IMG/VR virus record: IMGVR_UViG_3300034152_000554
Strand: one strand, 5' to 3'
From: an uncultured virus (IMG/VR IMGVR_UViG_3300034152_000554)
Taxonomy: Duplodnaviria; Heunggongvirae; Uroviricota; Caudoviricetes
Length of the DNA: 64,000 bases
The notes under the pieces are model-generated. The model ran no database searches. It was not told the DNA's origin and saw nothing but the letters and a program-made list of their open reading frames with translations. Shown here piece after piece: positions 29,859 through 39,502 of this stretch. The translations under genes and the position numbers were made by a program. The number at the start of each line of letters is the position of its first letter. Position 1 is the first letter of the stretch.

Positions 29859-30851
29859 TTACTGGTAAACGTGTGGTCGAAGAATATTACTGTAAGCGCT
29901 CGATGAAATGGCTTCAGTATTTAAGGCGTAATCAAGCAGGTTACGAGCCATCTCACTTTGCTGCCTGCGGTTTAACACCTGCATTCCCAGGTCGTGCTGT
30001 TGTCGGTAGGCATTCAATTGCCGCTCCAGTTCAGCATTTGCCATTGCATTTCTGGATTCATAGATCCGACCTCCTGGCAGCATTTCATCCAATGTCTGAG
30101 AATCAGTTAATGCCTGGGTATCGTAGTTCCCATTGATGAATGTATTTTCCCAGTTGCGTAATTCCTGTGCCCGTTCAGTTGGATCAGGGAGGTTCTGGAT
30201 TCGCCTCAATTCCTCTTGAGCAATTTCATTTTGAACTGTATCAAATTGGTTCTCTACTGAAAACTCTCGTTCAAACGCATCACGACCAGCCTGGTTGATT
30301 TGCTGCTGCGATCGCCGCAAGAAATCAACATTGTTAGAACGTTCACGAACATCTGAATCAGTCAGATGCCGGAATGCTTGCCAGTAGCCCCCAACCGGAT
30401 TGTAAAGGTCATTAGCCTGAAACCCTCGCTCACCGCTATCTACCTCTGGCAGTAGTGACCCAAGAGCAACGTTTCCTGCATAAGCAGCAGTGATCACGGG
30501 ATGACTTAATGCAAATTGACCCAGCCGTCCTCCCAGGCCAGCAACTCCACGCCAAACAGTTCGAGGTGCAAGGAAGGCTGCATTTAATCCCAGGTTGCCC
30601 AAAAAGCGCCCAAACCCTCGACTCGATGAAGCCGGTGCGGTACTGGGTGCTGGAGTCGGCGGGACAGTCGGGTTGGGAATATTAGTCGTTCCAGTTCCGA
30701 CACCCAGAGAGGGTGAAGGGTTGTAGTTGGGAGGAGGCGGCGGCGATGGATACATATAGGTGTTTACCGCTGGCCCAGTTGGTATTTGAGTTACAAACTG
30801 AGTTTGAGGTCTTTGTCCGGTTGATGCAAGCTGGGTAATTGGTCTTGTCAT
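29859..30851 (-). CDS. Putative internal virion/ejection protein
   Basis: Pro-rich N-terminus, Gly/Ala hydrophobic stretch, coiled C-terminus; ATG 30851 preferred. Confidence 0.6.
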   Translation of the reverse strand: MTRPITQLASTGQRPQTQFVTQIPTGPAVNTYMYPSPPPPPNYNPSPSLGVGTGTTNIPNPTVPPTPAPSTAPASSSRGFGRFLGNLGLNAAFLAPRTVWRGVAGLGGRLGQFALSHPVITAAYAGNVALGSLLPEVDSGERGFQANDLYNPVGGYWQAFRHLTDSDVRERSNNVDFLRRSQQQINQAGRDAFEREFSVENQFDTVQNEIAQEELRRIQNLPDPTERAQELRNWENTFINGNYDTQALTDSQTLDEMLPGGRIYESRNAMANAELERQLNAYRQQHDLGMQVLNRRQQSEMARNLLDYALNTEAISSSAYSNILRPHVYQ

Positions 30852-30954
30852 GATGAGATAAAACCTTGCAGGAGATGAGGGGGCTATCTCTACAGTAGCG
30901 AATTTAAGTATACAATTGCGGTTTGCAAGTATAAAAAGCAACAGCATTGTCAAT

Positions 30955-30981
30955 AAAAAAGAGAGCCTGGAGATGGCTCTC
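30955..30981 (-). terminator. Intrinsic terminator
   Basis: gagagcc/ggctctc stem followed by a T-run on the minus strand. Confidence 0.65.
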
Positions 30982-31008
30982 TAATTTGTCGCTTACTGCA
31001 TTTTCATA

Positions 31009-31956
31009 TTAACGTCGCCAGAGTGCTGCCAGGAAACTTCGATGGTTGGCAGTATCTCCAAGCCAGCGGTCAAGCTGGAATTGGGCATTTTCAGATTGGC
31101 GATTCATTGACGCATATTCCATTCCTTGCTGGTGATTTTGGGCTGACGCCTGAGATGCCCGTTCAAAGTTGTTTTGAGCTTGCTGTTCTCTTCCTTGAAA
31201 AAGAGCCGAATCAGGATTAAATAGCTGGTCAAGAATTTCCCGATCAGTTAATGCCCGGTCTTCCTGGGATTCATACGATCTCAGGGGAGGTTGAGTTGGC
31301 TGTGCTGCTCCTGGATTGGCAAATGGATTTGTTGCAACAGTCGATGCAGGTAGTTGTGGATTGTTGGGATTGTTGCTGGTTGCCGGTTGAGTTTCAATCC
31401 TGCGAGTTGGGGGTAATCCAGCATTTGTCCGGCCTATATTCTCAGCCGCTCCAGCATTACTAAATGCTGGTGGGGTATTAGGAACTTGAGGGGTCTGGTT
31501 TCTGTAATTGCCTTCTCGCAGCCTGTTAAAGTAATCTTCAATTTCAGGGCGAGTCACTGAGCGATCAGTAATTCGGTTGCTGGTGATTGAACTCCAATCG
31601 TTCCAATCGGCCCCAGAATCAATGAACTCCCAGTGCAGGTGGGGGCCAGTTGAATTGCCGGTGCTGCCCTGAGTGAAAATGTAATCTCCTGCATTGACGC
31701 GATCGCCAACACTATAAGGAGATTCCTCATTTCCGTGAGCCATAAATACAGACCTTCCAGTTTCAGCATCGCGGACTGCAACAGTATGTCCATAGCCATT
31801 GACCCAATCATCCCAAACAATCTCGCCAGTGTAGGGAGAGGGTACAGAAACATACTGATTGCCATCAAGGTCAATCGTAAAATCGTAAGCTCCCCCAGGA
31901 GAATCATCAATCAGGTATGGGGTATGGACTTGGTAGCGATTGGGTGTGCTGGACAT
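31009..31956 (-). CDS. M23 peptidase-domain protein (virion-associated peptidoglycan hydrolase)
   Basis: GYGHTV...MAH...VGDRVNAGD...GSTGNSTGPHLHWEF. Confidence 0.9.
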   Translation of the reverse strand: MSSTPNRYQVHTPYLIDDSPGGAYDFTIDLDGNQYVSVPSPYTGEIVWDDWVNGYGHTVAVRDAETGRSVFMAHGNEESPYSVGDRVNAGDYIFTQGSTGNSTGPHLHWEFIDSGADWNDWSSITSNRITDRSVTRPEIEDYFNRLREGNYRNQTPQVPNTPPAFSNAGAAENIGRTNAGLPPTRRIETQPATSNNPNNPQLPASTVATNPFANPGAAQPTQPPLRSYESQEDRALTDREILDQLFNPDSALFQGREQQAQNNFERASQASAQNHQQGMEYASMNRQSENAQFQLDRWLGDTANHRSFLAALWRR

Positions 31957-31976
31957 TTTAGTTAAGCCCTCTTTAA

Positions 31977-32585
31977 TTAGCTTTCAACATCAAGACGAGG
32001 ATCAGCAACCAGACCGCTGTTGATTAGCTGTTGAGCATAAAATTCACCAAGTGCCTGGTTTCTTAGCTGACGGTTGACCTCATATTCAAGTTGTTTCGGG
32101 TCAACCTGTTGCAAATTGTAAGGAACTGTCATTGCAGCATTGGGGATCATATTAGTTCCCTGCACTGGAGGCAGTGCTGTTGCAGACATCATTCGTTCAG
32201 CCCTTTGCTGAGGTGGTTCGTCATCTCCACCCAGCATTGATAGAGCTACCAGTCCTGCACCACCAGCAGCCGTCCAGGGTAAAACGTTACGAGCCAGCAT
32301 AGCTCCGCCAGATGTACCAAGAGCATTGGCAGCCGCAACTGCACTCCGTGACAGAAGACCACGGGATTCAATGTAGTTATCACCGAGTTCTGCATCTGCA
32401 TAATCCCAGACTTCATTGTCGGACAATTGAGTAAAACGGTCATCATCAGCACCAATAAAGATGCGCTCGTTGCCGTCAGGATTTCTAACCCCTCTATATC
32501 TAGTAGGATTGCTTAAGAGTCGCCTTGCTGCGTTGAAGTCAGCAAGAGGATTCCAGAACCGATTACCACCTCGTAATGTTGGCAT
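31977..32585 (-). CDS. Putative internal virion protein
   Basis: Paralogue of 32603-33088 (LSRSAVAAANALG...AAGGAGL). Confidence 0.65.
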   Translation of the reverse strand: MPTLRGGNRFWNPLADFNAARRLLSNPTRYRGVRNPDGNERIFIGADDDRFTQLSDNEVWDYADAELGDNYIESRGLLSRSAVAAANALGTSGGAMLARNVLPWTAAGGAGLVALSMLGGDDEPPQQRAERMMSATALPPVQGTNMIPNAAMTVPYNLQQVDPKQLEYEVNRQLRNQALGEFYAQQLINSGLVADPRLDVES

Positions 32586-32602
32586 AATTATAATCTCTCC
32601 TA

Positions 32603-33088
32603 TTAATACATCATTTGATATTGTGGGTTTTGATTCGTATTTACACGCCCGTAAATAGTTGCAGGATCAAGAGATTGCTGCTCTAATGCGTGCTTTATTT
32701 TTTCCTGTTCAATCAGTCGGTTAACTGACTCCTGCCCTGGATACAATTCGACACCACCAGAGAGTGCATTATAAGCACCATATCCAGCCAGTCCTGCTGC
32801 ACCTAAAGCCAGATATGGCGTAGCAGTACGAACTGCCATTGCCGGTTGTGAAACTCCAGCTAAATTAGCAATTGCCACTGCTGCTCTTGATAGGGGGCCA
32901 GCCGATTCAAATTCATTAGCATCAGGAACGTCCCAATCATATAAATAGTCTGGCTCATAAAGTGCAGGATCTAATGGCGTTCTGCTTCTCTCTGTTCGAT
33001 AAGTGTAAGGAGAAGTCAGGACATGATTCGCCCGTCCGATGTCACGAAATAAATTGTACCGTCGTGGATTTATAGGAGCATTAATCAT
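32603..33088 (-). CDS. Putative internal virion protein
   Basis: LSRAAVAIANLAG...ALGAAGL hydrophobic segment. Confidence 0.65.
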   Translation of the reverse strand: MINAPINPRRYNLFRDIGRANHVLTSPYTYRTERSRTPLDPALYEPDYLYDWDVPDANEFESAGPLSRAAVAIANLAGVSQPAMAVRTATPYLALGAAGLAGYGAYNALSGGVELYPGQESVNRLIEQEKIKHALEQQSLDPATIYGRVNTNQNPQYQMMY

Positions 33089-33103
33089 CTTGACAAATCC
33101 CTA

Positions 33104-33859
33104 TTAATAATAGACAGAAGGATCGAACGGTTGACCGTAGGTTGATGGCTGCGAATTAATCCAATTAGCTGCCATTTGAGAGGTCATTGTTGGTGATTCA
33201 GCAGATGGTGATGCTGTATATTCAGGGGATTGCCAGTAGGTCGGATTGTCTTGATACATCGGAACTGCACCAGAATCAGAAGCTCCATAGGACGCTGCCA
33301 GCAGTGCATCCAGATCAGCGTCAGTCAGCCCATTAGAAGGAAGCGGTTGCATCCCAACATCATAAGCAGAATAGGGATCTTGTCCACCACTAAGCAATGA
33401 TGCTCCTGCTGCCAGACCCCCAAAGAGTATTAATTCTGGAGCAACACCCACTGCGCTCATTGTTGCAAGGTCTCTAACTGTCCGGCCTGCTTCTCTAAGA
33501 CCATCTTGAGGCGTGACCATATCTCTTGTTCTTGTAGCGGGTCTTGCAGATGGATTGGGCGCTGCTGGAGGAGGCGGATTCAGCCTGTTATTTGTATGGA
33601 TATTTTCATGGAGTCTGTTCAAACGGTTTAGGCCGGCTCGTTGTGCTTCTGTAAGACTTTCTCTAATCTCTTCATTTGTTCTGGGATTACGACCACCCAG
33701 TCCTACTCTTAATTGACCCCTCGATGAACCTCCACCAACATTATAAATCTGTCCAGTATTTGACCCTGGAGTCATTCTGACAATTTGCCGTGGCGCTCTG
33801 GCAGCAAGACGAGATTGCCTTGCCAAATTAACTAGCGCTCGTCGTGCTGCATTTAGCAT
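33104..33859 (-). CDS. Putative internal virion protein
   Basis: Arg-rich N-terminus, Gly/Ala hydrophobic segment. Confidence 0.6.
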   Translation of the reverse strand: MLNAARRALVNLARQSRLAARAPRQIVRMTPGSNTGQIYNVGGGSSRGQLRVGLGGRNPRTNEEIRESLTEAQRAGLNRLNRLHENIHTNNRLNPPPPAAPNPSARPATRTRDMVTPQDGLREAGRTVRDLATMSAVGVAPELILFGGLAAGASLLSGGQDPYSAYDVGMQPLPSNGLTDADLDALLAASYGASDSGAVPMYQDNPTYWQSPEYTASPSAESPTMTSQMAANWINSQPSTYGQPFDPSVYY

Positions 33860-36775
33860 TTAGAAAATCTCCAATTGGGAGGGCTGGTTATCAATTTCAT
33901 AATTTAAAGGGGTGATCAATCGGTTAAGTCGATTTCGATTGAGCCGTTTAATCGCTTGATACCCTAACCCTATCGTAGCAGCGGAGGCAGCTAATCCAAT
34001 TGGATTGATCCTAAATCCCATGATTTGTGCTTCATACTGTCGTGGATCTAATGGATGAGCATCTTGAGGTGCAGCAATCGAGTCATCAGTTGCCCGGATC
34101 AGGCCATCCATTAATTCAATACCTTGATTACCCCAGAGGTATTCTTGATAGTCTCGATAATGTTCATAGGGTACTTCAGGGCGCTCTTTGCGAAACTCTT
34201 CCCAGGGCAATAAATAGGACGATTGCCCGGTAAACAATGCCATTGTTGTTGCTAATGGATAGTTCTGAGTAACGGTTGGGTTTTCATAGGTTGAACGCAA
34301 TGCCCGATAGCCTTCCGGTCGTGGCCCTTCTTCGGTATTAAATAAGTTACCAAGATCAACGTTGCCAGAACCAACCGATAAAGCAATCATGCCGGGTACT
34401 GCCAGGAATGGTTTGTACTTATTAATATCAGCCCGGAGATAGGTTGGCGGATCGACAGCCTGTTTTGTTACATAAGGCGTTATCTGAGTTTGAACAACAT
34501 CGCCAGGGTGAGATCGCCACAGGTATTTCATTGTTCCGTGTGACCATAAATCCCCTGCCAGTGCGCCAATTGTGCTACCAACGCCAGAGAGTCCACTATC
34601 AAGAATGTCTCTCAATCGTGGGGAGTCTGGCCCTTGCGCTTGAGTGAGCCAGTCAGATAACTGCCTGAGTGACAGTCGTGGTGCAATGTTGCTCATTGCC
34701 AACTGGTCATTGAGCTTTTGCACATCACGCTGGCGATCAAGCTGTTCAGGTAGCAACATTGTCAGGATTGAGCGGCCATGCTCACCCCGGTTCTTGATTG
34801 GGAATGCACCAGTTCCCCATTCCCAACCGGCCTGGAATGCACCCTTTAAGTTCTCAAGTGCTGTCCGGCTATGGTATTTGAGTGCTTCTGGATTATCAGG
34901 AGAAGGATATTCGCTGCCAGGAAATGTACCCTGGACTTCAAGCGATCGAGCATCAACAACATAGGTGTTGCCATCACCGCCAATGATTTCCAGAGTAGGA
35001 TTTTTGCCGCCGCCACCCCGATACCAGTGCAGTAGCCGATCAATCTTATAGGCTTCATTGAGTCGTGCTTTATATGCTGGCTCTGATTCGCCAGGTCGTT
35101 TTGGCCCCATAAATGCAGCTTTTTGGTCAAGATCCATAAACTCATAAGCATTGATCTTGCCAACCAATTCTCTGGCTTGAGGCATTGTTAGCGGAGCCAA
35201 AGCGTCCCAGTTGGGGACAATCTGCATTGCATCATCACTCCAGCGAGGCAGTTTCTCGCCAGTCCTACGAGCTTCATCTTCTACCCAGGGTTGATACTTT
35301 CCGCGTCTGATTGGTTCATAGCGGAAGTCTTCAGGACTATCATCGCCTGATCTGGTGGGAGGAATATAAGGCGGATCAAGTCTGTTAAGTTCTGTAAAGA
35401 ATCGAGTTGATAGTTCTTCAGGTGGTCTACCCCGTTCAGATTGAGGGTACTTTTTCCTGGCAAACATTTCATTTGCATCAGGAATACCTCTGATTGGTTC
35501 ACCTTTTTTCCAGGCAGCAATAATGTCCCTATCTGTATATGGGGCTTTATCGTAAGGTGCAGGGAATAGAAAATCAGGTCTATTGGGCAGATCGCTAGAT
35601 GGCAACCCTGCTGCGGAGTAATTGAGAATGATGTCATTAGCACGAATGCGTGCTGCATCTCGCTGTGCGCCAATTTGATCTCGTTGACGTTTTAGCTCTC
35701 CCAGTATCGCTTTTTGATGTTTGCCCAACATACTAAAGCGCTGAGGGTGATTGCTGTCGAGATTATGTTCACGCCGAAACTGAACATAATCAGCACTGGC
35801 TTTTTGGTATTCATGCTCTAACAAACGATACTGCTCAACATAATCTAATGCCATTGCAGCATCCTGTTCAGGCGTGTTCCTGAACCTGACAAAAGGCTCT
35901 TTACCTTTTCCCTGTGAACCTGGATCATTGTTGCCAGGAGGGGGTGGCTGTCGTGGTGGCTGTCGTGGTGGGCCTTGTGGAGGTTGTCCTGCTCCCATAT
36001 CTGGCTTGGTCTGTAGCCTGGGAGGTTCTGCTTGCTGAGGTCTTTGGGGAGTTGGTGCTGGCTGTTGAACTGGTGCTGGTTGCTGAGTTTCAGCAGCAGG
36101 CGTGCTGCCAACAGTTCTGACCTTCTCACTTAAATTTATTTTGGGATAGCGTTGCGGCTCTGCTGTTGATCTGGGAATTGCTCCAGCCGGATCAACATCA
36201 AGTCCTGATACCATTTGCCTGGTGTAAAGCCTATTGGTAACAGTGTTATTAATTGGCGGTTCAGAATCAATTGACGACCTGATATTGGGTTCAGGCTGTT
36301 GACGGGTTTGCGGAACTGCTCCCAATTCTGGAGGGGGAGTCGTTGGTGCAGGAGTTGTCGGTTCAACTCGACTTAAGCCACTGGTCAAATTGGTTAACCG
36401 AGTTGGTTCTGTTGTTGATCTGGGTACAGCATTGGCAGGTGGCTCTTGAGGTGCAGGTGGCTGTTGAGATATAGGCTGCTGTTGAGGTGCAGGCTGTCGA
36501 TTAGATTGCTGTTGGCGAGGTGGTCGCTGATAAGGCTTATTGCCAGATGCCCGCTTCTTTCGGCTACGTGCCATACTCGGTCGTGCCTGTTGAGCTACTT
36601 GCTGGGGGTCAATCCTTCGGCGAGATAGCTCCTGCATCACAGCAGGTAGGTACTCTGCTTCTGACTGGTCGATTGACATTGCTTGCCATGCCCGAACAAG
36701 ATCATTGTCCGGGATTACATCAATCGATGATGCCTGAGTTTGCCTGAAAAGGTTCGCAAGGATTCGGCTTGCCAT
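33860..36775 (-). CDS. Large internal virion/ejection protein
   Basis: 971 aa, P/Q-rich N-half; C-terminal PEGY...LLPWEEF..ERPEV..E.Y..Y domain recalled from S-EIV1-like phages. Confidence 0.65.
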   Translation of the reverse strand: MASRILANLFRQTQASSIDVIPDNDLVRAWQAMSIDQSEAEYLPAVMQELSRRRIDPQQVAQQARPSMARSRKKRASGNKPYQRPPRQQQSNRQPAPQQQPISQQPPAPQEPPANAVPRSTTEPTRLTNLTSGLSRVEPTTPAPTTPPPELGAVPQTRQQPEPNIRSSIDSEPPINNTVTNRLYTRQMVSGLDVDPAGAIPRSTAEPQRYPKINLSEKVRTVGSTPAAETQQPAPVQQPAPTPQRPQQAEPPRLQTKPDMGAGQPPQGPPRQPPRQPPPPGNNDPGSQGKGKEPFVRFRNTPEQDAAMALDYVEQYRLLEHEYQKASADYVQFRREHNLDSNHPQRFSMLGKHQKAILGELKRQRDQIGAQRDAARIRANDIILNYSAAGLPSSDLPNRPDFLFPAPYDKAPYTDRDIIAAWKKGEPIRGIPDANEMFARKKYPQSERGRPPEELSTRFFTELNRLDPPYIPPTRSGDDSPEDFRYEPIRRGKYQPWVEDEARRTGEKLPRWSDDAMQIVPNWDALAPLTMPQARELVGKINAYEFMDLDQKAAFMGPKRPGESEPAYKARLNEAYKIDRLLHWYRGGGGKNPTLEIIGGDGNTYVVDARSLEVQGTFPGSEYPSPDNPEALKYHSRTALENLKGAFQAGWEWGTGAFPIKNRGEHGRSILTMLLPEQLDRQRDVQKLNDQLAMSNIAPRLSLRQLSDWLTQAQGPDSPRLRDILDSGLSGVGSTIGALAGDLWSHGTMKYLWRSHPGDVVQTQITPYVTKQAVDPPTYLRADINKYKPFLAVPGMIALSVGSGNVDLGNLFNTEEGPRPEGYRALRSTYENPTVTQNYPLATTMALFTGQSSYLLPWEEFRKERPEVPYEHYRDYQEYLWGNQGIELMDGLIRATDDSIAAPQDAHPLDPRQYEAQIMGFRINPIGLAASAATIGLGYQAIKRLNRNRLNRLITPLNYEIDNQPSQLEIF

Positions 36776-37191
36776 TGACTGTGCCCTATAGTGCTACTTC
36801 TATTCTGGCACTTTGCAAGAAAACAATAGAATTTTGGGTACAGATATATATGAGGGCTATAGATTTTGAGGGTACTTCTATAGGTACACGTATATCAGGG
36901 GGGCTTCGTTATACTACTATATATATCAAATCCCTCATTAAAAAAGGGTTTGAGGCTTCTGGCGATCGCACCTTTCCTCTCAGTGGGGCGTGGCTGGCTT
37001 CGCACCATCATCGCTGGCGCTCGCGTTCGCAGAGCGAACGCTCGCTCTCGCCGCTTCGCGGCTCGGGAGCCACCTGGAGGCGATCGCACTTAGTTCTACC
37101 GCATCTCGCTCTTAGACACTCTGCACTTGATTCTGAGAGCTACTTAATTGCCTTCGGCAATCAAGGAAGTGTAGAGTTCAGACACACACAC

Positions 37192-37428
37192 ATGACAGCT
37201 ACACAATCACAAGTCGAAGCCGTAACGTTTCTGTTCGAGCTGGCATTCGGCTTCCAGCCGCATACCATCTCTTGCGACGAGAACAGTATTGTCGCTGTCT
37301 CCAGCGATGAGATGTCCTTCGCAGACATTGACCGGAAAACGGGATGCGTCGGCATCGCCGACGTGGAACAGGGCTGCTGGTCATTTGCGTCTGTCGCAGA
37401 CGCATACGCCTGCATAGAAGGAATCTGA
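37192..37428 (+). CDS. Cassette ORF, hypothetical (78 aa)
   Basis: ATG after the half element; weak resemblance to 38631/38938. Confidence 0.7.
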   Translation: MTATQSQVEAVTFLFELAFGFQPHTISCDENSIVAVSSDEMSFADIDRKTGCVGIADVEQGCWSFASVADAYACIEGI

Positions 37429-37502
37429 TCGTATTCCCGAAGGGCATTAGGTAGCCCTTCGGGAATTATTTCATTGAAGTTTAGCCCACCAAGGAGGGCG
37501 TA

Positions 37503-37907
37503 ATGAGTTACGATACCGCAATGGCGCTGTGTGACAGCGCCGTGCAGTGGATCGCAATCGCTACGGCGATCCACTTCGCACTGACGGTAGTGGCCGCCGT
37601 TACAAGGCCGCTACCGCAGCCTGCTCCGCAGCCTGCTCCGGAACCGGAACTGGAACCGGAACCGCAGCAACCACAGCAGGCGATCGCGCCCATCAGCTTG
37701 GCCTACGAGCCGAGCTTCCCTGCCGTAGCAGTCATCCCCGTGGGGATGACTGCAGCTACGGTTTCAGTTCCCAAAGCCCAGGCGATCGCAGCAGCCTGGG
37801 GATCAACCGTCAAGGAATTGCGGCAACAGTGCCGCGACCAGGGCATCCGGGTTCCCAAGGGAACCAGGAAGGCAGGGCTAGTCGCCTTGCTCGTACAGGG
37901 GGCATAA
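37503..37907 (+). CDS. Cassette ORF with N-terminal hydrophobic helix and C-terminal Rho-N/HeH-like domain
   Basis: AAGGAGG RBS; TVKELRQQCRDQGI...RKAGLVALL. Confidence 0.75.
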   Translation: MSYDTAMALCDSAVQWIAIATAIHFALTVVAAVTRPLPQPAPQPAPEPELEPEPQQPQQAIAPISLAYEPSFPAVAVIPVGMTAATVSVPKAQAIAAAWGSTVKELRQQCRDQGIRVPKGTRKAGLVALLVQGA

Positions 37908-38003
37908 GCCCCCACTCCAGGTATCCATACCCCCGAAGGGCTACCTAATGCCCTTCGGGAATTATCAACATTGAAGTTTTAGCCCAAAGGAGGGCGTTGT
38001 CTT

Positions 38004-38222
38004 ATGTTGTATTACGTGGAAATGCTGGCTGTAAGCTGCGGTGGTAACTCGTCTATTTTCTTAGACGAGTACGTCACCCATCTGCCACCTCACCCACCGG
38101 GTGAGAAGCAGACTATTCAGCGGGAAGGCGACCCCAGCTCAGGGGTCTTCGTCACAAAAGTTTGGGCGATCCCGCCCGAAGAGGAATCGGACTACGATGA
38201 TGTCAAATACATCGATCCGTAG
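38004..38222 (+). CDS. Cassette ORF, paralogue A1
   Basis: AAGGAGG RBS; MLYYV...DEYVT.LPPH. Confidence 0.8.
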   Translation: MLYYVEMLAVSCGGNSSIFLDEYVTHLPPHPPGEKQTIQREGDPSSGVFVTKVWAIPPEEESDYDDVKYIDP

Positions 38223-38318
38223 TTTCTTCATTCCGAAGCTCGTCATCCCGAAGGGTTGCGTAATGCCCTTCGGGAATTTTTCTCATTGAACTTTTTAGCC
38301 CGAAGGAGGCTTTCAACG

Positions 38319-38534
38319 ATGCTGTACTACGTCTGCGAGTACGAAGTAACTGCAAACGGGACGACTCACCTCAGAGATGAGTCTGTCACCGAGTTTCCGC
38401 CACACTATTCAGGCGATCGCGCAGTGCCCGCCCAGGGCTACCCTGGGGGGAAAATCGTTACGTCCGTGATACGGATCAACGACGCCGACAAGTCGGAATA
38501 CTCCGACTTAATCCCTACCAGACGCAGTTGGTAG
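38319..38534 (+). CDS. Cassette ORF, paralogue A2
   Basis: AAGGAGG RBS; MLYYV...DESVT.FPPH. Confidence 0.8.
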   Translation: MLYYVCEYEVTANGTTHLRDESVTEFPPHYSGDRAVPAQGYPGGKIVTSVIRINDADKSEYSDLIPTRRSW

Positions 38535-38630
38535 GATTAGGCGATCGCACCGTGACTGCTTTCCCGAAGGGCTACCTAATGCCCTTCGGGAATTATTGGC
38601 GCTGAACTTCATCAGCCCAGGAGGGCAGTC

Positions 38631-38852
38631 ATGAGCAAGTCATTCTTCCGTTTCATTCTAGAAAGTTGGTTCGCTTCCCACCTCATCGAGGTCGGAGAAA
38701 GCAATAACCTGATCGTCGCCCGAGTAGAACCGGGCACGTTCGTGGTTTTCAACCAGGCTGATAACAACATCACTGTCATGACTCCGACTTGCAGCCGGAC
38801 TTGCTCCGACATGCAGGAGTTCATAGGAGCCGTTGACCACCTCATTTTTTAG
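38631..38852 (+). CDS. Cassette ORF, paralogue B1
   Basis: AGGAGG RBS; FRFILE..F...LIEVGES...VARV...TFV. Confidence 0.8.
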   Translation: MSKSFFRFILESWFASHLIEVGESNNLIVARVEPGTFVVFNQADNNITVMTPTCSRTCSDMQEFIGAVDHLIF

Positions 38853-38937
38853 AGGCGATCGCGCCCGTATTCCCGGAGGGCTACCTAATGCCCTTCGGGA
38901 ATTATTGGTGTTGAACTTTAGCCTAAAGGAGGCAACG

Positions 38938-39174
38938 ATGAGCAAAACTATTGGCATGAAGGGCATGTTTCGGCTAATTCTCGAAGCCCGGTTTGAACCG
39001 GAGCTAATCGAAATTGGCGAAAGCCATAGCCAAATGGTTGCGAGGGTCGGAAAGGAGACCTTCGTAATCTACGACAAGCATGTTTCGAGTCTGACAATTA
39101 TCACCCAAGTCCACACTGAAGCGTGCTATGGGCTTGAAGACTTTCTTGAATCCTGCGATCGCATCCTTCCGTAA
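38938..39174 (+). CDS. Cassette ORF, paralogue B2
   Basis: AAGGAGG RBS; FRLILE..F...LIEIGES...VARV...TFV. Confidence 0.8.
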   Translation: MSKTIGMKGMFRLILEARFEPELIEIGESHSQMVARVGKETFVIYDKHVSSLTIITQVHTEACYGLEDFLESCDRILP

Positions 39175-39259
39175 GGCGATCGCACCGCACCTGTCTTCCC
39201 GAGGGGCTACTTAATGCCCTTCGGGAATTTTTTCAGGTGTTCTTCGTTGAGGCAACACT

Positions 39260-39502
39260 ATGCAGACTTTTCCATGCGTTGACTACCCTTGCTACGTACC
39301 CGCAGTTGATCCGAGCAACTGCGCCCTCGGCTGGTACGTGGTCAGATACGCAAACGGAAGTGCAGGTATCGCCTGCCTTCCCAGTATCAACCCGAACGTT
39401 GTGGAGATCCTTGGCGATCGCCACCGCAGCCGGACAGCCGCTCTCGTCGAAGCGGTTGACCTGAACCTGAAAGAGACTATTGCGGACATCCGCAACGCCT
39501 AG
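39260..39502 (+). CDS. Cassette ORF, hypothetical (80 aa)
   Basis: GAGG RBS after the element. Confidence 0.7.
   Translation: MQTFPCVDYPCYVPAVDPSNCALGWYVVRYANGSAGIACLPSINPNVVEILGDRHRSRTAALVEAVDLNLKETIADIRNA

Noticed and set aside
36769..37191. N-terminal part of the 219-aa ORF 36769-37428
   Set aside because: It runs through hairpin-rich non-coding sequence; ATG 37192 after the half element fits the cassette pattern better.
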